64,000 bases of DNA, taken from assembly GCA_964416505.1 (NCBI GenBank), contig CAYQEJ010000001.1, forward strand, positions 1,692 to 65,691. Direction: 5' to 3'. The DNA is from an uncultured Gammaproteobacteria bacterium (GTDB lineage Bacteria; Patescibacteriota; Microgenomatia; Levybacterales; UBA12049). Position 1 is the stretch's first letter. Each line of letters opens with the position of its first letter. The translations under genes were made by a program, and so were the position numbers. The notes under the pieces are model-generated. The model was not told the origin of the DNA, ran no database searches, and was given only the letters and a program-made list of their open reading frames with translations. Shown here in pieces: positions 47,577 through 55,697 of this stretch.

Positions 47577-48167
47577 ATGGAAAGAGCACCAATCTCCGTC
47601 CCGATTGGTGGGCAAACGAAAACCCCGGGCGGAGAATTAATAAGAGTAGACTTCGTAAACAGAAAAGTCGCCAGAAGAGACAGCGCGATTGTAAAGGATG
47701 TTCATGATCATGAAGCGCATCATGCTGGAGTAGCCTTAGCTACAGATACGAGAGTGCTTCATTTAACAACCATAAGAGACGGTAATACCTTAGGTTCAGT
47801 AACTACAGATCAGGCAAATAAGCATGTAGCTGCTGTGACTTGGGGTAGACCAGGAGCTGGAAGTGATGAATTTAAAACCATGCTTATGGGTGGAGATGAA
47901 GCTACTGCTATGGCTGCAAGAAGCATAGCCTCAAGTGTTTCAGATGGGATCAGTGAAATTGCAAAAGCTGCTGCAGTACAAGGTGAGCTCAGTGAGCGAG
48001 AAGTTACTGAAGCTTTTGAGGATGGTATAAAAGGTCGAGAGATTGTGGTTTATACTACAAATCAAGATGGATCAGTTACGCAGGAAAGAAAACGAACTAA
48101 AGGAAAATTTGTTGAAGTTATTCCCCTTTTTCCCGGTATCGAGGAGGAAATCCCCGAGGCAGCATAA
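47577..48167 (+). CDS. Stand-alone peptidase M41 (FtsH protease)-like protein
   Basis: HEAHHAGVA and GAGSD resemble HEAGHA and GAxxD. Confidence 0.55.
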   Translation: MERAPISVPIGGQTKTPGGELIRVDFVNRKVARRDSAIVKDVHDHEAHHAGVALATDTRVLHLTTIRDGNTLGSVTTDQANKHVAAVTWGRPGAGSDEFKTMLMGGDEATAMAARSIASSVSDGISEIAKAAAVQGELSEREVTEAFEDGIKGREIVVYTTNQDGSVTQERKRTKGKFVEVIPLFPGIEEEIPEAA

Positions 48168-48228
48168 TATTACTTTCTTCTTGCACAATTTTTAACAATT
48201 CTTAATTGCTAATCGTTAGTATGAATTT

Positions 48229-48408
48229 ATGCCGAAGTATGGAAAAGGTGCAGGAAAGAAAGTAGAGATGGCCATGCACGAGATGCATGAAGGAAAACTA
48301 AAAAGCGGAAAATCAGGAAAAAAAGTCACCAATCCAAAGCAAGCCATAGCAATCGGTCTGTCCGAAGCTAGAGAACGAGGCATAAAGGTTCCTAGAAAGA
48401 AAAAATAA
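48229..48408 (+). CDS. DUF6496-like small basic protein, not in the ORF track
   Basis: MPKYGKGAGKKVEMAMHEMHEGKLKSGKSGKKVTNPKQAIAIGLSEARERGIKVPRKKK. Confidence 0.85.
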   Translation: MPKYGKGAGKKVEMAMHEMHEGKLKSGKSGKKVTNPKQAIAIGLSEARERGIKVPRKKK

Positions 48409-48409
48409 T

Positions 48410-48760
48410 ATGAAAAATTCTAAAAATGAAAACGCACGGGACATACTTATAAAAGGAGCAGTGGGGGCTGCTACCGCTGCAGGGGTAGTAGCTGCTGGAG
48501 TGGCCCTTGCTGACAAAGATACTCGAAAAAAAATAATAAAAGGAGTGAAATCAGCAATTGATTCAATAGACGATGTTAAAAATAATATTAAAGATAGCGT
48601 GGCAGATAATTCTCCTGTATCTATGGATGAGGCGAAGAAGCTCCCCGAAAAAGCTAAAGACAAGTTAAAAGATGTAAAAGAAGATGCGAAGGTAGAAGTA
48701 AAAGAAAAGGTTGAGAAAGAATCCAAGGAAACCTCCAAATCATCTAAAGCCTCAAAATAA
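48410..48760 (+). CDS. Lys-rich hypothetical protein with one hydrophobic segment
   Basis: GAVGAATAAGVVAAGVAL then charged tail. Confidence 0.75.
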   Translation: MKNSKNENARDILIKGAVGAATAAGVVAAGVALADKDTRKKIIKGVKSAIDSIDDVKNNIKDSVADNSPVSMDEAKKLPEKAKDKLKDVKEDAKVEVKEKVEKESKETSKSSKASK

Positions 48761-48784
48761 ATCTCTAACTGCTATACTCTTCTT

Positions 48785-49537
48785 ATGTCACTTTCAGCTA
48801 AAGAACCTTTACGGTCTCCTGAAAATCCCTTTAATAAAGCAGTAATTGATTCGTTAAGAAGCGTTGATCAGGTCCTTTCTCCGAGAGATAAATCCCCTCT
48901 TTCATTTGATCAAAACGGCGTATCTCTTATGTCAGGAGGAAGTCCTCTAGCGCGAATTACTTCTTCAGATTTAGTAATAGCAGGGGAAAGTTTTCAGAAA
49001 AGAATCGCATCTGATCCAGGTGCAATTCCTAAGATGAAAGGAAATTTTGGAGCATTTTTGACGGAGCTTGGAGACGATTTAAAAGCTCTTAATCATCTTG
49101 GTATAAGTTACTTTGATCCAAATCTCGAGCAAGAACACAAAAATCTAATGCATGCAGTGGACGATGCAGGCATAGAAGCTCATGTGGATCCAGATGCGCC
49201 TGAAGGTCAAGAATGGATATTCTTAGGCCATGTTGATGATTGGCGCTCTCCTCTTTTTGAAATGGTTCTTAATCAAGGAGAAGCCGATCCATCTGATTTT
49301 TGGAGACCTCATTTTCAGATAGATTTGGATACTCATCTTCCCTGGGATCAGCTCAAAGCGCTAACAGAAAAGCATTTTGGAGATGATTTTTTCCAGTGGA
49401 CTTTGGATGTTCCTGAAGTGGGGGTAGTTGTGGGGATGGGAGTAATTGGAAAAGTAGGAGATTCCAAAATTGCTTTAGGCTTGGGGCCAACTAAGAGAAA
49501 TACCGAATATCACCGCCGCAGCCTCCAAAGTCATTAG
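48785..49537 (+). CDS. Hypothetical protein, possibly VOC-like fold
   Basis: LNHLGISY, LFEMVL, PHFQID; TGCTATACT 6 nt before ATG. Confidence 0.6.
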   Translation: MSLSAKEPLRSPENPFNKAVIDSLRSVDQVLSPRDKSPLSFDQNGVSLMSGGSPLARITSSDLVIAGESFQKRIASDPGAIPKMKGNFGAFLTELGDDLKALNHLGISYFDPNLEQEHKNLMHAVDDAGIEAHVDPDAPEGQEWIFLGHVDDWRSPLFEMVLNQGEADPSDFWRPHFQIDLDTHLPWDQLKALTEKHFGDDFFQWTLDVPEVGVVVGMGVIGKVGDSKIALGLGPTKRNTEYHRRSLQSH

Positions 49538-49538
49538 C

Positions 49539-50024
49539 TTACTGAATAGGGCTTAAGATAAATGCATGATGGTGGACTACTGTTCCTTTATATTCTATGG
49601 TTTCTAATCCAGTTGTAACATGTGTTTGAGGATATTCTCCTGTGATTCTGTAATCATATTGCCAGTCTCCATCAGGATCCGGCCTGCAATCTGATGTGAG
49701 TCTAGTCTTTTCAGCTAATTCAGAAATTTTTTTGATAAGATATTTTCCTACATCGTTGGTTGTAATACCTAAAGCGGAGAGTGTTGGTTCATCTGGAGTT
49801 CCACCTGCATATAATCGAGTAAATGAAAGATCTCCTACTTTAACTAGCTCTTGTCCTCCGCCCGAATGAGTCGCAAACCATTCATCGTGATAAATTTCTC
49901 CATCAGGTAGTGAGACGTGACTAGAGTTTCCACTAAATCCTCCACGATCCACCCTATCGATTGTTCCGCCGGCATATCCAGCTAAGAGTCCTTGCGTGAG
50001 TGCTGATTCAATTTTTTTATTCAT
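49539..50024 (-). CDS. DUF5680-like protein
   Basis: GYAG, YHDEWF..GGQELV..YAGG, GLETI.Y.G. Confidence 0.65.
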   Translation of the reverse strand: MNKKIESALTQGLLAGYAGGTIDRVDRGGFSGNSSHVSLPDGEIYHDEWFATHSGGGQELVKVGDLSFTRLYAGGTPDEPTLSALGITTNDVGKYLIKKISELAEKTRLTSDCRPDPDGDWQYDYRITGEYPQTHVTTGLETIEYKGTVVHHHAFILSPIQ

Positions 50025-50044
50025 AGAAGATTAGGAAGTTTTTG

Positions 50045-50116
50045 TGAGCCGGCAGGGGATCGAACCCTGGACCAAGAGCTTAAAAGGCTCCTGCTCTACC
50101 GCTGAGCTACCGGCCC
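50045..50116 (-). tRNA. tRNA-Lys (TTT)
   Basis: GGGCCGG acceptor, GGAGC-CTTTTAA-GCTCT, GTTCGATCC; no CCA. Confidence 0.96.
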
Positions 50117-50255
50117 TGAACAATTTCTTTAGAAATTTTCAGGGCAAACCCTATATTTCTAATGAGCCTATTATATAGGATTAGGCGTGAGGTTGACAAG
50201 TTAAACCTTTTCTAACAAAATTTGCAATTTTTTTATCCTGTAGTATAATCCAGCC

Positions 50256-50978
50256 ATGGGAATTGAGGATGAAATCAGGAAAATTAGAGCGCAGGCTGCT
50301 CACAGAGAAAGAGTGGCTAGGAATCTTGTAGCTAAGGCACAGAGAGAAAAGGATGCAGTTGTAAACCAGGAGCTTAAGGAAAAACTTGAAAGAGAAGCTA
50401 AAGAAAGAGCTAGAGAATTTGCTAATCAGAGATTTTACGATGCTTACATGTCAGGTGTAATGCTCCCTCTAATGTTGAGAGCGCTAGATGAACTAAATGG
50501 TTATAGTGACGCTGGAGGAGGATGGAGAATGACGAAAGTCTCGGGTACTGAAAGTTATCCGACAGGAGAATTTGAGGATACAGGATATGATAACACTCCA
50601 TCGAGGATATATGCATCTGCTAGCTATAAGGGCTTTGCTCTAGAAAGGCCAGAAATAGATTTTCTGGGAATTGCTAAAAGCCAATTTGGAGATTTAATCT
50701 TTGCTGGAGAGATAAATGGTTCGTTTACTGTCGTGCAGGTAGGAGGTAAAAGAAAACCAGGTATTTTAGGACATTTTATGCCTATGACTCCAAATGTTAG
50801 TAGACTTGTTTCATCATCAAAAATTTTAACTCCTTATGTTTCCCCAGAAAGTATAGCTGGAATATTAAATGATTTAGGAAATTCTGAATCAGCGCTTTTT
50901 ACTGATTTAAAAAATGTAACTGAAAAAGCTATGGTTGGAGCGGTAGCATCTCTTCCTGAATATAGAATTGCTAAATAA
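50256..50978 (+). CDS. Orphan protein with N-terminal coiled coil
   Basis: TATAAT 6 nt before ATG; lies between two tRNA genes. Confidence 0.75.
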   Translation: MGIEDEIRKIRAQAAHRERVARNLVAKAQREKDAVVNQELKEKLEREAKERAREFANQRFYDAYMSGVMLPLMLRALDELNGYSDAGGGWRMTKVSGTESYPTGEFEDTGYDNTPSRIYASASYKGFALERPEIDFLGIAKSQFGDLIFAGEINGSFTVVQVGGKRKPGILGHFMPMTPNVSRLVSSSKILTPYVSPESIAGILNDLGNSESALFTDLKNVTEKAMVGAVASLPEYRIAK

Positions 50979-51020
50979 AACTTGCCTTGAAAATCAGTTT
51001 TAAGCTATAATATAGGGTAC

Positions 51021-51094
51021 GCCGTGTTCGTCTAGTGGCCTAGGACACCTGGTTTTCAGCCAGGGAATCAGGGGTTCGACTCCCCTACACGGTA
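51021..51094 (+). tRNA. tRNA-Glu (TTC)
   Basis: GCCGTGT/ACACGGT acceptor, CCTGG-TTTTCAG-CCAGG, GTTCGACTC. Confidence 0.95.
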
Positions 51095-51099
51095 CTAAT

Positions 51100-51735
51100 T
51101 TACCAACCCCCGGAATTCCAAGACTCATATCTTGATGGATCTTCATCGGTATTTATTGGATGGCTTACCACATATGTTGATGGTTTTCTGAAATTTCTTT
51201 CTATGGCGGCATCAACTTTTAGTACATTTCTCGCATCAGAAGGTTTTAAAATTCTATCACCTAGCATAACTGATCCATCTTCTAATCCATATGCAATAAT
51301 TGCATCATACCAATCCTCATAACTTTTCATGTCATTTGATAATACATCTACTTGGATTGGTATATCAGATAGTAACGCACACAAGCGTGATCCTTCTCTT
51401 CTTAAAGAAAGACCTAGCTCTTGAGACAATTGTCCTAGTAAATTTGGAACTTCGCTTGTATCAAGTGCTTCATTTCTCAATCTCGCTTTTTCTGCTTCTA
51501 GCACAGCTTGCCTTGTAGCTTCTGCTTGCATCGTTTCTTGCTGTAACCTTCTGGCATCATCTTCAATTCTTGCTCTTTCTTTTCTTTCAGTCTCATTTTT
51601 TTCTATATCTTTGAGTCTTTGTGCTTCCTCGATAGCTCTTTGTTCTCTCAATCTGGGTAAGAAATTTCCATCACCAATATATCCATCTGGCCCAGATCTA
51701 ATTATATGCCGTAAGCCTTTTCTTATGTATTCCAT
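51100..51735 (-). CDS. Orphan protein with coiled coil
   Basis: Start MEYI; TTGATT-17-TATAAT 6 nt upstream. Confidence 0.75.
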   Translation of the reverse strand: MEYIRKGLRHIIRSGPDGYIGDGNFLPRLREQRAIEEAQRLKDIEKNETERKERARIEDDARRLQQETMQAEATRQAVLEAEKARLRNEALDTSEVPNLLGQLSQELGLSLRREGSRLCALLSDIPIQVDVLSNDMKSYEDWYDAIIAYGLEDGSVMLGDRILKPSDARNVLKVDAAIERNFRKPSTYVVSHPINTDEDPSRYESWNSGGW

Positions 51736-51822
51736 GCGCAAATTATACTACAGGACATTTTTATAATCAAATAAAAATGATTCTATAGTAAATAAAACAT
51801 GTATTTTGATAGAATCAGTTTA

Positions 51823-53223
51823 ATGCTTAGCATTAGGAATTTATTAACGTTTTTTATTTATTCCACCTTTCTAGTTCTTTTCTTTCTGATTTCTCTTAAC
51901 CGTTATTTTTCATTTCAGATTTTTCAATACGACTTCGGGATATTTTCTTCAACCATTTATCAGCTCAGTCAATTTAAAATGGCTTATATTGAGCATATAA
52001 GCCTGGGAAATATAGCTTTTCTTGGAGATCATTTTCAGCCAAGCTTAGCTCTCCTATCTCCGCTATTTTGGATATTCAAAGATATTCGGATTCTGATATT
52101 TGAGCAGACTTTTAGTATTGTAGCGACTGGTTTTGTCATTCAAAGGATTGCTTTAAAAAAAGGACTCAAATTCTTGCCTAGTCTTTCAATTGCTATAATT
52201 TTTCTTTTGTATGCTGGTATTGAAAATCCGCTTGTCACGGATTGGCATCCTGAACCTACTGCAGGTCTTTTCCTAGTTCTTTTTGTTTATTTCTTTTTGT
52301 ATAGCAAGAAAAAATTCATTGCTCCAATTCTCGCTTTAGTATTTCTTGGATTTAAAGAAAGTAACGCTATTACTTTATCTTTTTTTCTATTCTCAAGCTT
52401 ATTTGTCTTACCTAAAAGAAGAAGAGAAATTACTATTTATTTAATTGGAGCTTTTGCATGGTTTTTTGCAACTATCAAACTTCTAATTCCACATTTTTCC
52501 GGAAGAGAATATTTTTATTCCCCCGAGCTTCCAAAAAGCATGCTTGATTTAAGACTTTCGCTCGAAAAAACAGCTAAATATGAATTTGTCTGGAAATCTT
52601 TATTTTCTTTTGGGTTATTGCCTCTTCTTGCCCGCTTTAGCCTCATTCCAATAGTAGGAGAAATTTTTATAAGAGTATTCCCTCTCCATTCATTCTTCGA
52701 AAGTTTTAATTTAAGCATGCACTACAATGTTTATCTTGGAATTTTCCTAGCTCTTGCTAGCATCGACGCACTACTCTTGGGTTTTAAAAAATTTAAATTT
52801 GAGAATATAGAAGTATTTGTCTCATTTGCTTTAATTTTATTTACTCTCTTCTTTGCTAAGAAATTTACAAATTCTCCTATAGTTTTAGCTACAAATCCTA
52901 CATTTTGGAAAGAGTTAAAACCCAGACAGGATCTCTTTAACAGTTTGAAATTTGTTCCAAAAAATGGCTTTTTAGCTTCCCAAAATAATTTACTTCCCTA
53001 TTTATCCTTGCGTGACGACAAGCTCATATCTATGAGTAAAGGTTATCGAATGAAAAATCCAGAAATAGTAGTTTTTGATCTTTCGGAAGGACAAAATCCA
53101 AATAACTTTTATCCAGAAAATTATCAATTTCTAGTTAAAGAGAAAACATTTTACGAAAAAAGTAAAAAATTTAAAAGGATTGATACGGGCAATAAAAACT
53201 TTTATGTATTTGTGAGGAACTAA
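51823..53223 (+). CDS. DUF2079 family membrane protein, second paralog
   Basis: YDFGIF, LGDHFQP, DWHP, FKE, HY motifs; probable start MLSIR. Confidence 0.85.
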   Translation: MLSIRNLLTFFIYSTFLVLFFLISLNRYFSFQIFQYDFGIFSSTIYQLSQFKMAYIEHISLGNIAFLGDHFQPSLALLSPLFWIFKDIRILIFEQTFSIVATGFVIQRIALKKGLKFLPSLSIAIIFLLYAGIENPLVTDWHPEPTAGLFLVLFVYFFLYSKKKFIAPILALVFLGFKESNAITLSFFLFSSLFVLPKRRREITIYLIGAFAWFFATIKLLIPHFSGREYFYSPELPKSMLDLRLSLEKTAKYEFVWKSLFSFGLLPLLARFSLIPIVGEIFIRVFPLHSFFESFNLSMHYNVYLGIFLALASIDALLLGFKKFKFENIEVFVSFALILFTLFFAKKFTNSPIVLATNPTFWKELKPRQDLFNSLKFVPKNGFLASQNNLLPYLSLRDDKLISMSKGYRMKNPEIVVFDLSEGQNPNNFYPENYQFLVKEKTFYEKSKKFKRIDTGNKNFYVFVRN

Positions 53224-53789
53224 ACTTCGACGTCTTTATTTTCTTCTTCGCCTTCTGGCTCTGGAGGTAAAAATTCTTCTCCACCACTGTCATTTGATTC
53301 TTCTACTTTTTTATATTCTGGTTTTAACCACTCTACATAAGTGCATCCTGTGGCTTTCCTAGCTTCCCTATCCCAGCCTGCGGTAGAGCATTTTTTCATT
53401 CGCTTTCCTGCATTCGTAGTAAATAAAACAAGTGGGCTTCCGCACTCAGGGCAAGCTTCATCAAGTTTTTCAGTAGTGCCATTTATCCACTCTACATAGT
53501 CACATCCTTCAGATTTTTTTGTATCCTTATTCCAGACATTTGTAGAACACTTTTTCATTTTTTTACCAAATCTTGTTGTTTGAAGTATTAATGGGGATCC
53601 GCATTTAGGACACTTTTCATTTAGAGTCTCAGGAGGAGTTTCTAACCATTTTACATAGTCACATCCTTCATTTTGTTTGGTTTCTGGATTCCAGCTTCCA
53701 GTTGAGCACCTCTGTAGCCTCTTACCTGATGCTGTAGTTGTAACTTCTGCTAAAGGGCTTCCGCACTTAGGACAAATTTCTTCTGACAT
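53220..53789 (-). CDS. Stand-alone topoisomerase-I-type C4 zinc-ribbon repeat protein
   Basis: Three CPxCGSPL...GK.M..CST..W......GC.YV.W repeats and acidic tail. Confidence 0.85.
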   Translation of the reverse strand: MSEEICPKCGSPLAEVTTTASGKRLQRCSTGSWNPETKQNEGCDYVKWLETPPETLNEKCPKCGSPLILQTTRFGKKMKKCSTNVWNKDTKKSEGCDYVEWINGTTEKLDEACPECGSPLVLFTTNAGKRMKKCSTAGWDREARKATGCTYVEWLKPEYKKVEESNDSGGEEFLPPEPEGEEENKDVEV

Positions 53790-53835
53790 AAGATACTAGA
53801 ATAGCTCATTTATTTAAAATTGACAATATCTTATA

Positions 53836-54144
53836 ATGCAAAGCATGTTAGAAGCTGATGAAGTAAGAGATCCATTTAAATGTGCAGCTGTTCCGGATAT
53901 TGCAGTTGATCCTATTGATGGGCCAGGTGCGGAAGTAGGAATTTCTATAGTTTGTCTTCTTATTGAAGAGTGCGGTGCAAATCTCGAATTATCCACTACG
54001 GTTGTAGCTGAAGAAATAGAAACTCAGTTATCTTTTATAAGACATCAGTTGGCTCGTGAAGTTCCAAGAGTTTGTCTTGCTAATAAAGCCGCTCAGGAAG
54101 CAGGAGTATTGGAGAAATTTACTCCTCCCCCAGGGCTTTCCTAG
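53836..54144 (+). CDS. Orphan hypothetical protein
   Basis: 102-aa ORF with ATG start. Confidence 0.55.
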   Translation: MQSMLEADEVRDPFKCAAVPDIAVDPIDGPGAEVGISIVCLLIEECGANLELSTTVVAEEIETQLSFIRHQLAREVPRVCLANKAAQEAGVLEKFTPPPGLS

Positions 54145-54209
54145 TATTGGTCTGGTTTGTTCTACTTTGTCTTATTGATCAGTTGATTAAATAGGTTTAT
54201 CATAGCTTT

Positions 54210-54292
54210 TACCCTTAATACGTAAGTATTAAATGGCAGGAACCTTTCGCAAGATAGGTACCCCGAAAGAACCCCAGCAATGGGGTTTTTTT
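54210..54292 (+). ncRNA. Candidate standalone small RNA
   Basis: TTGATC-17-TATCAT promoter (54175-54203), three GNRA-capped hairpins, the last with a U-tract. Confidence 0.55.
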
Positions 54293-54347
54293 GCGGCCGT
54301 TAATTCCTATATCCATTCCTTGGATGTCCTCTCCTATCCTATAACAT

Positions 54348-54378
54348 TAGCCTCGCAAGGCCTGGCCTTGAGAGGCTA
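54348..54378 (+). repeat. 31-bp palindrome, copy 5
   Basis: TAGCCTCGCAAGGCCTGGCCTTGAGAGGCTA, one mismatch. Confidence 0.96.
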
Positions 54379-54457
54379 GGTGAATTCAAACTTATCTTAT
54401 ATACCAAATACTATCCTATAGTTTGACTTTTAGCTTCGTTTTTTGATAAAATAGCTT

Positions 54458-55594
54458 ATGCAAAATAGAGAAAAATCTCCAGCTCGAGTAAATCCAAGAG
54501 AAAATATGGTAAGTCTGCCTTTAGTGCCTTCGGAAAGACGAAGTCGGTTATCAAGTAGAAGAAATTTTTTTGCGGCATCAACACTAGGTCTAGCTGCATT
54601 AGGGGCTGTTTCTGGACAATTGTACTCAGATAATGCTCTTTTAATTCCTGAAATTGGACTGGAGCTACTTATGGATCAGGATTGTACAGTAATTCCTGAA
54701 TCTGCGAAAGAAAAAGTTATTTTAAATTTTGAATCTCCAAATAATCCACGTATGGATAGAATCTTAAAGCGTGCTGAGAGAGCAATTGATAGAGGAAATG
54801 AAGCAGGAATCCAAAGAGCTATAGGGCAAATTGAAGGATTCAGGATAGATATGGCGGAAAATTATGGACTGACTTTGCATGATCCTTCTCTAGCGCTTGA
54901 AGCAATTGATTCCGCAGATTCGTCAAGCGTTGTTTTTTCTGAGCTTCAGGGATATATGGAAGGTTTTGGAATAGCGCTTACAACAGAAAGAGATTTTATA
55001 AAAGATATGGCAGTTATAGGAGAAGCTTTAGATTTGGATAGTCTTCCTCCTGAAATATTTAGAATAGCTTCTAAAAATTTAATAACAATTTTTTCAAGAT
55101 TACCCGAAGAGCTAGTAAGTTTAGCCGACGTTAGAAGAATAGTTTTATGGAGTAGTATTTTTAACAATGAAAAAGTTGGAGGAACAAATAAATTTAATAA
55201 CACCATGCATCTTCCTGTCAGCATATTGATAGATCCTGAGGAGGGATCAAATACAGTCAATCATGAATTGGGGCACTCAATAGATAATGCTATTTGCGGA
55301 AGAATAGGAGCAACTAGAGATGCTGAGTATAGTGACTTAAATTCAGCGGAAACAACTTATGGAGCGCATAATTCATCGACAGATTTTATGTACTCATATG
55401 GAGGAGTTAGCGTTGAAGAGGATAAAGCAACTGTGTATGAATTTATGCTGGATTTGATTAGGAATCCACATGATTTAAGTCCAGTAGTACAAGAAAAACA
55501 GAAACTTCTTCTCGCAAGACTTGAAGCAAATATTCCAGTTATTTCTGACTATTTAAGAGCTGTAAGCAATTTTAGCTCAGAAGGAAATTCTTAG
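54458..55594 (+). CDS. Orphan zinc metallopeptidase with twin-arginine-like N-terminal signal
   Basis: SRRNFF + hydrophobic stretch; NHELGHSID...YGGVSVEEDKA. Confidence 0.75.
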   Translation: MQNREKSPARVNPRENMVSLPLVPSERRSRLSSRRNFFAASTLGLAALGAVSGQLYSDNALLIPEIGLELLMDQDCTVIPESAKEKVILNFESPNNPRMDRILKRAERAIDRGNEAGIQRAIGQIEGFRIDMAENYGLTLHDPSLALEAIDSADSSSVVFSELQGYMEGFGIALTTERDFIKDMAVIGEALDLDSLPPEIFRIASKNLITIFSRLPEELVSLADVRRIVLWSSIFNNEKVGGTNKFNNTMHLPVSILIDPEEGSNTVNHELGHSIDNAICGRIGATRDAEYSDLNSAETTYGAHNSSTDFMYSYGGVSVEEDKATVYEFMLDLIRNPHDLSPVVQEKQKLLLARLEANIPVISDYLRAVSNFSSEGNS

Positions 55595-55605
55595 GCCTAT
55601 AACGC

Positions 55606-55636
55606 TAGCCTTGCAAGGCCTGGCCTTGCGAGGCTA
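55606..55636 (+). repeat. 31-bp palindrome, copy 6
   Basis: TAGCCTTGCAAGGCCTGGCCTTGCGAGGCTA, one mismatch. Confidence 0.96.
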
Positions 55637-55697
55637 GATGAAGTCAATCTTTTTAAAAGCTAAAAATTGTTTGAATTTGGGTATTTATATATAATAG

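Noticed and set aside
48313-48738. 141-aa minus-strand ORF
   Set aside because: Antisense shadow of the 48229 and 48410 plus-strand genes
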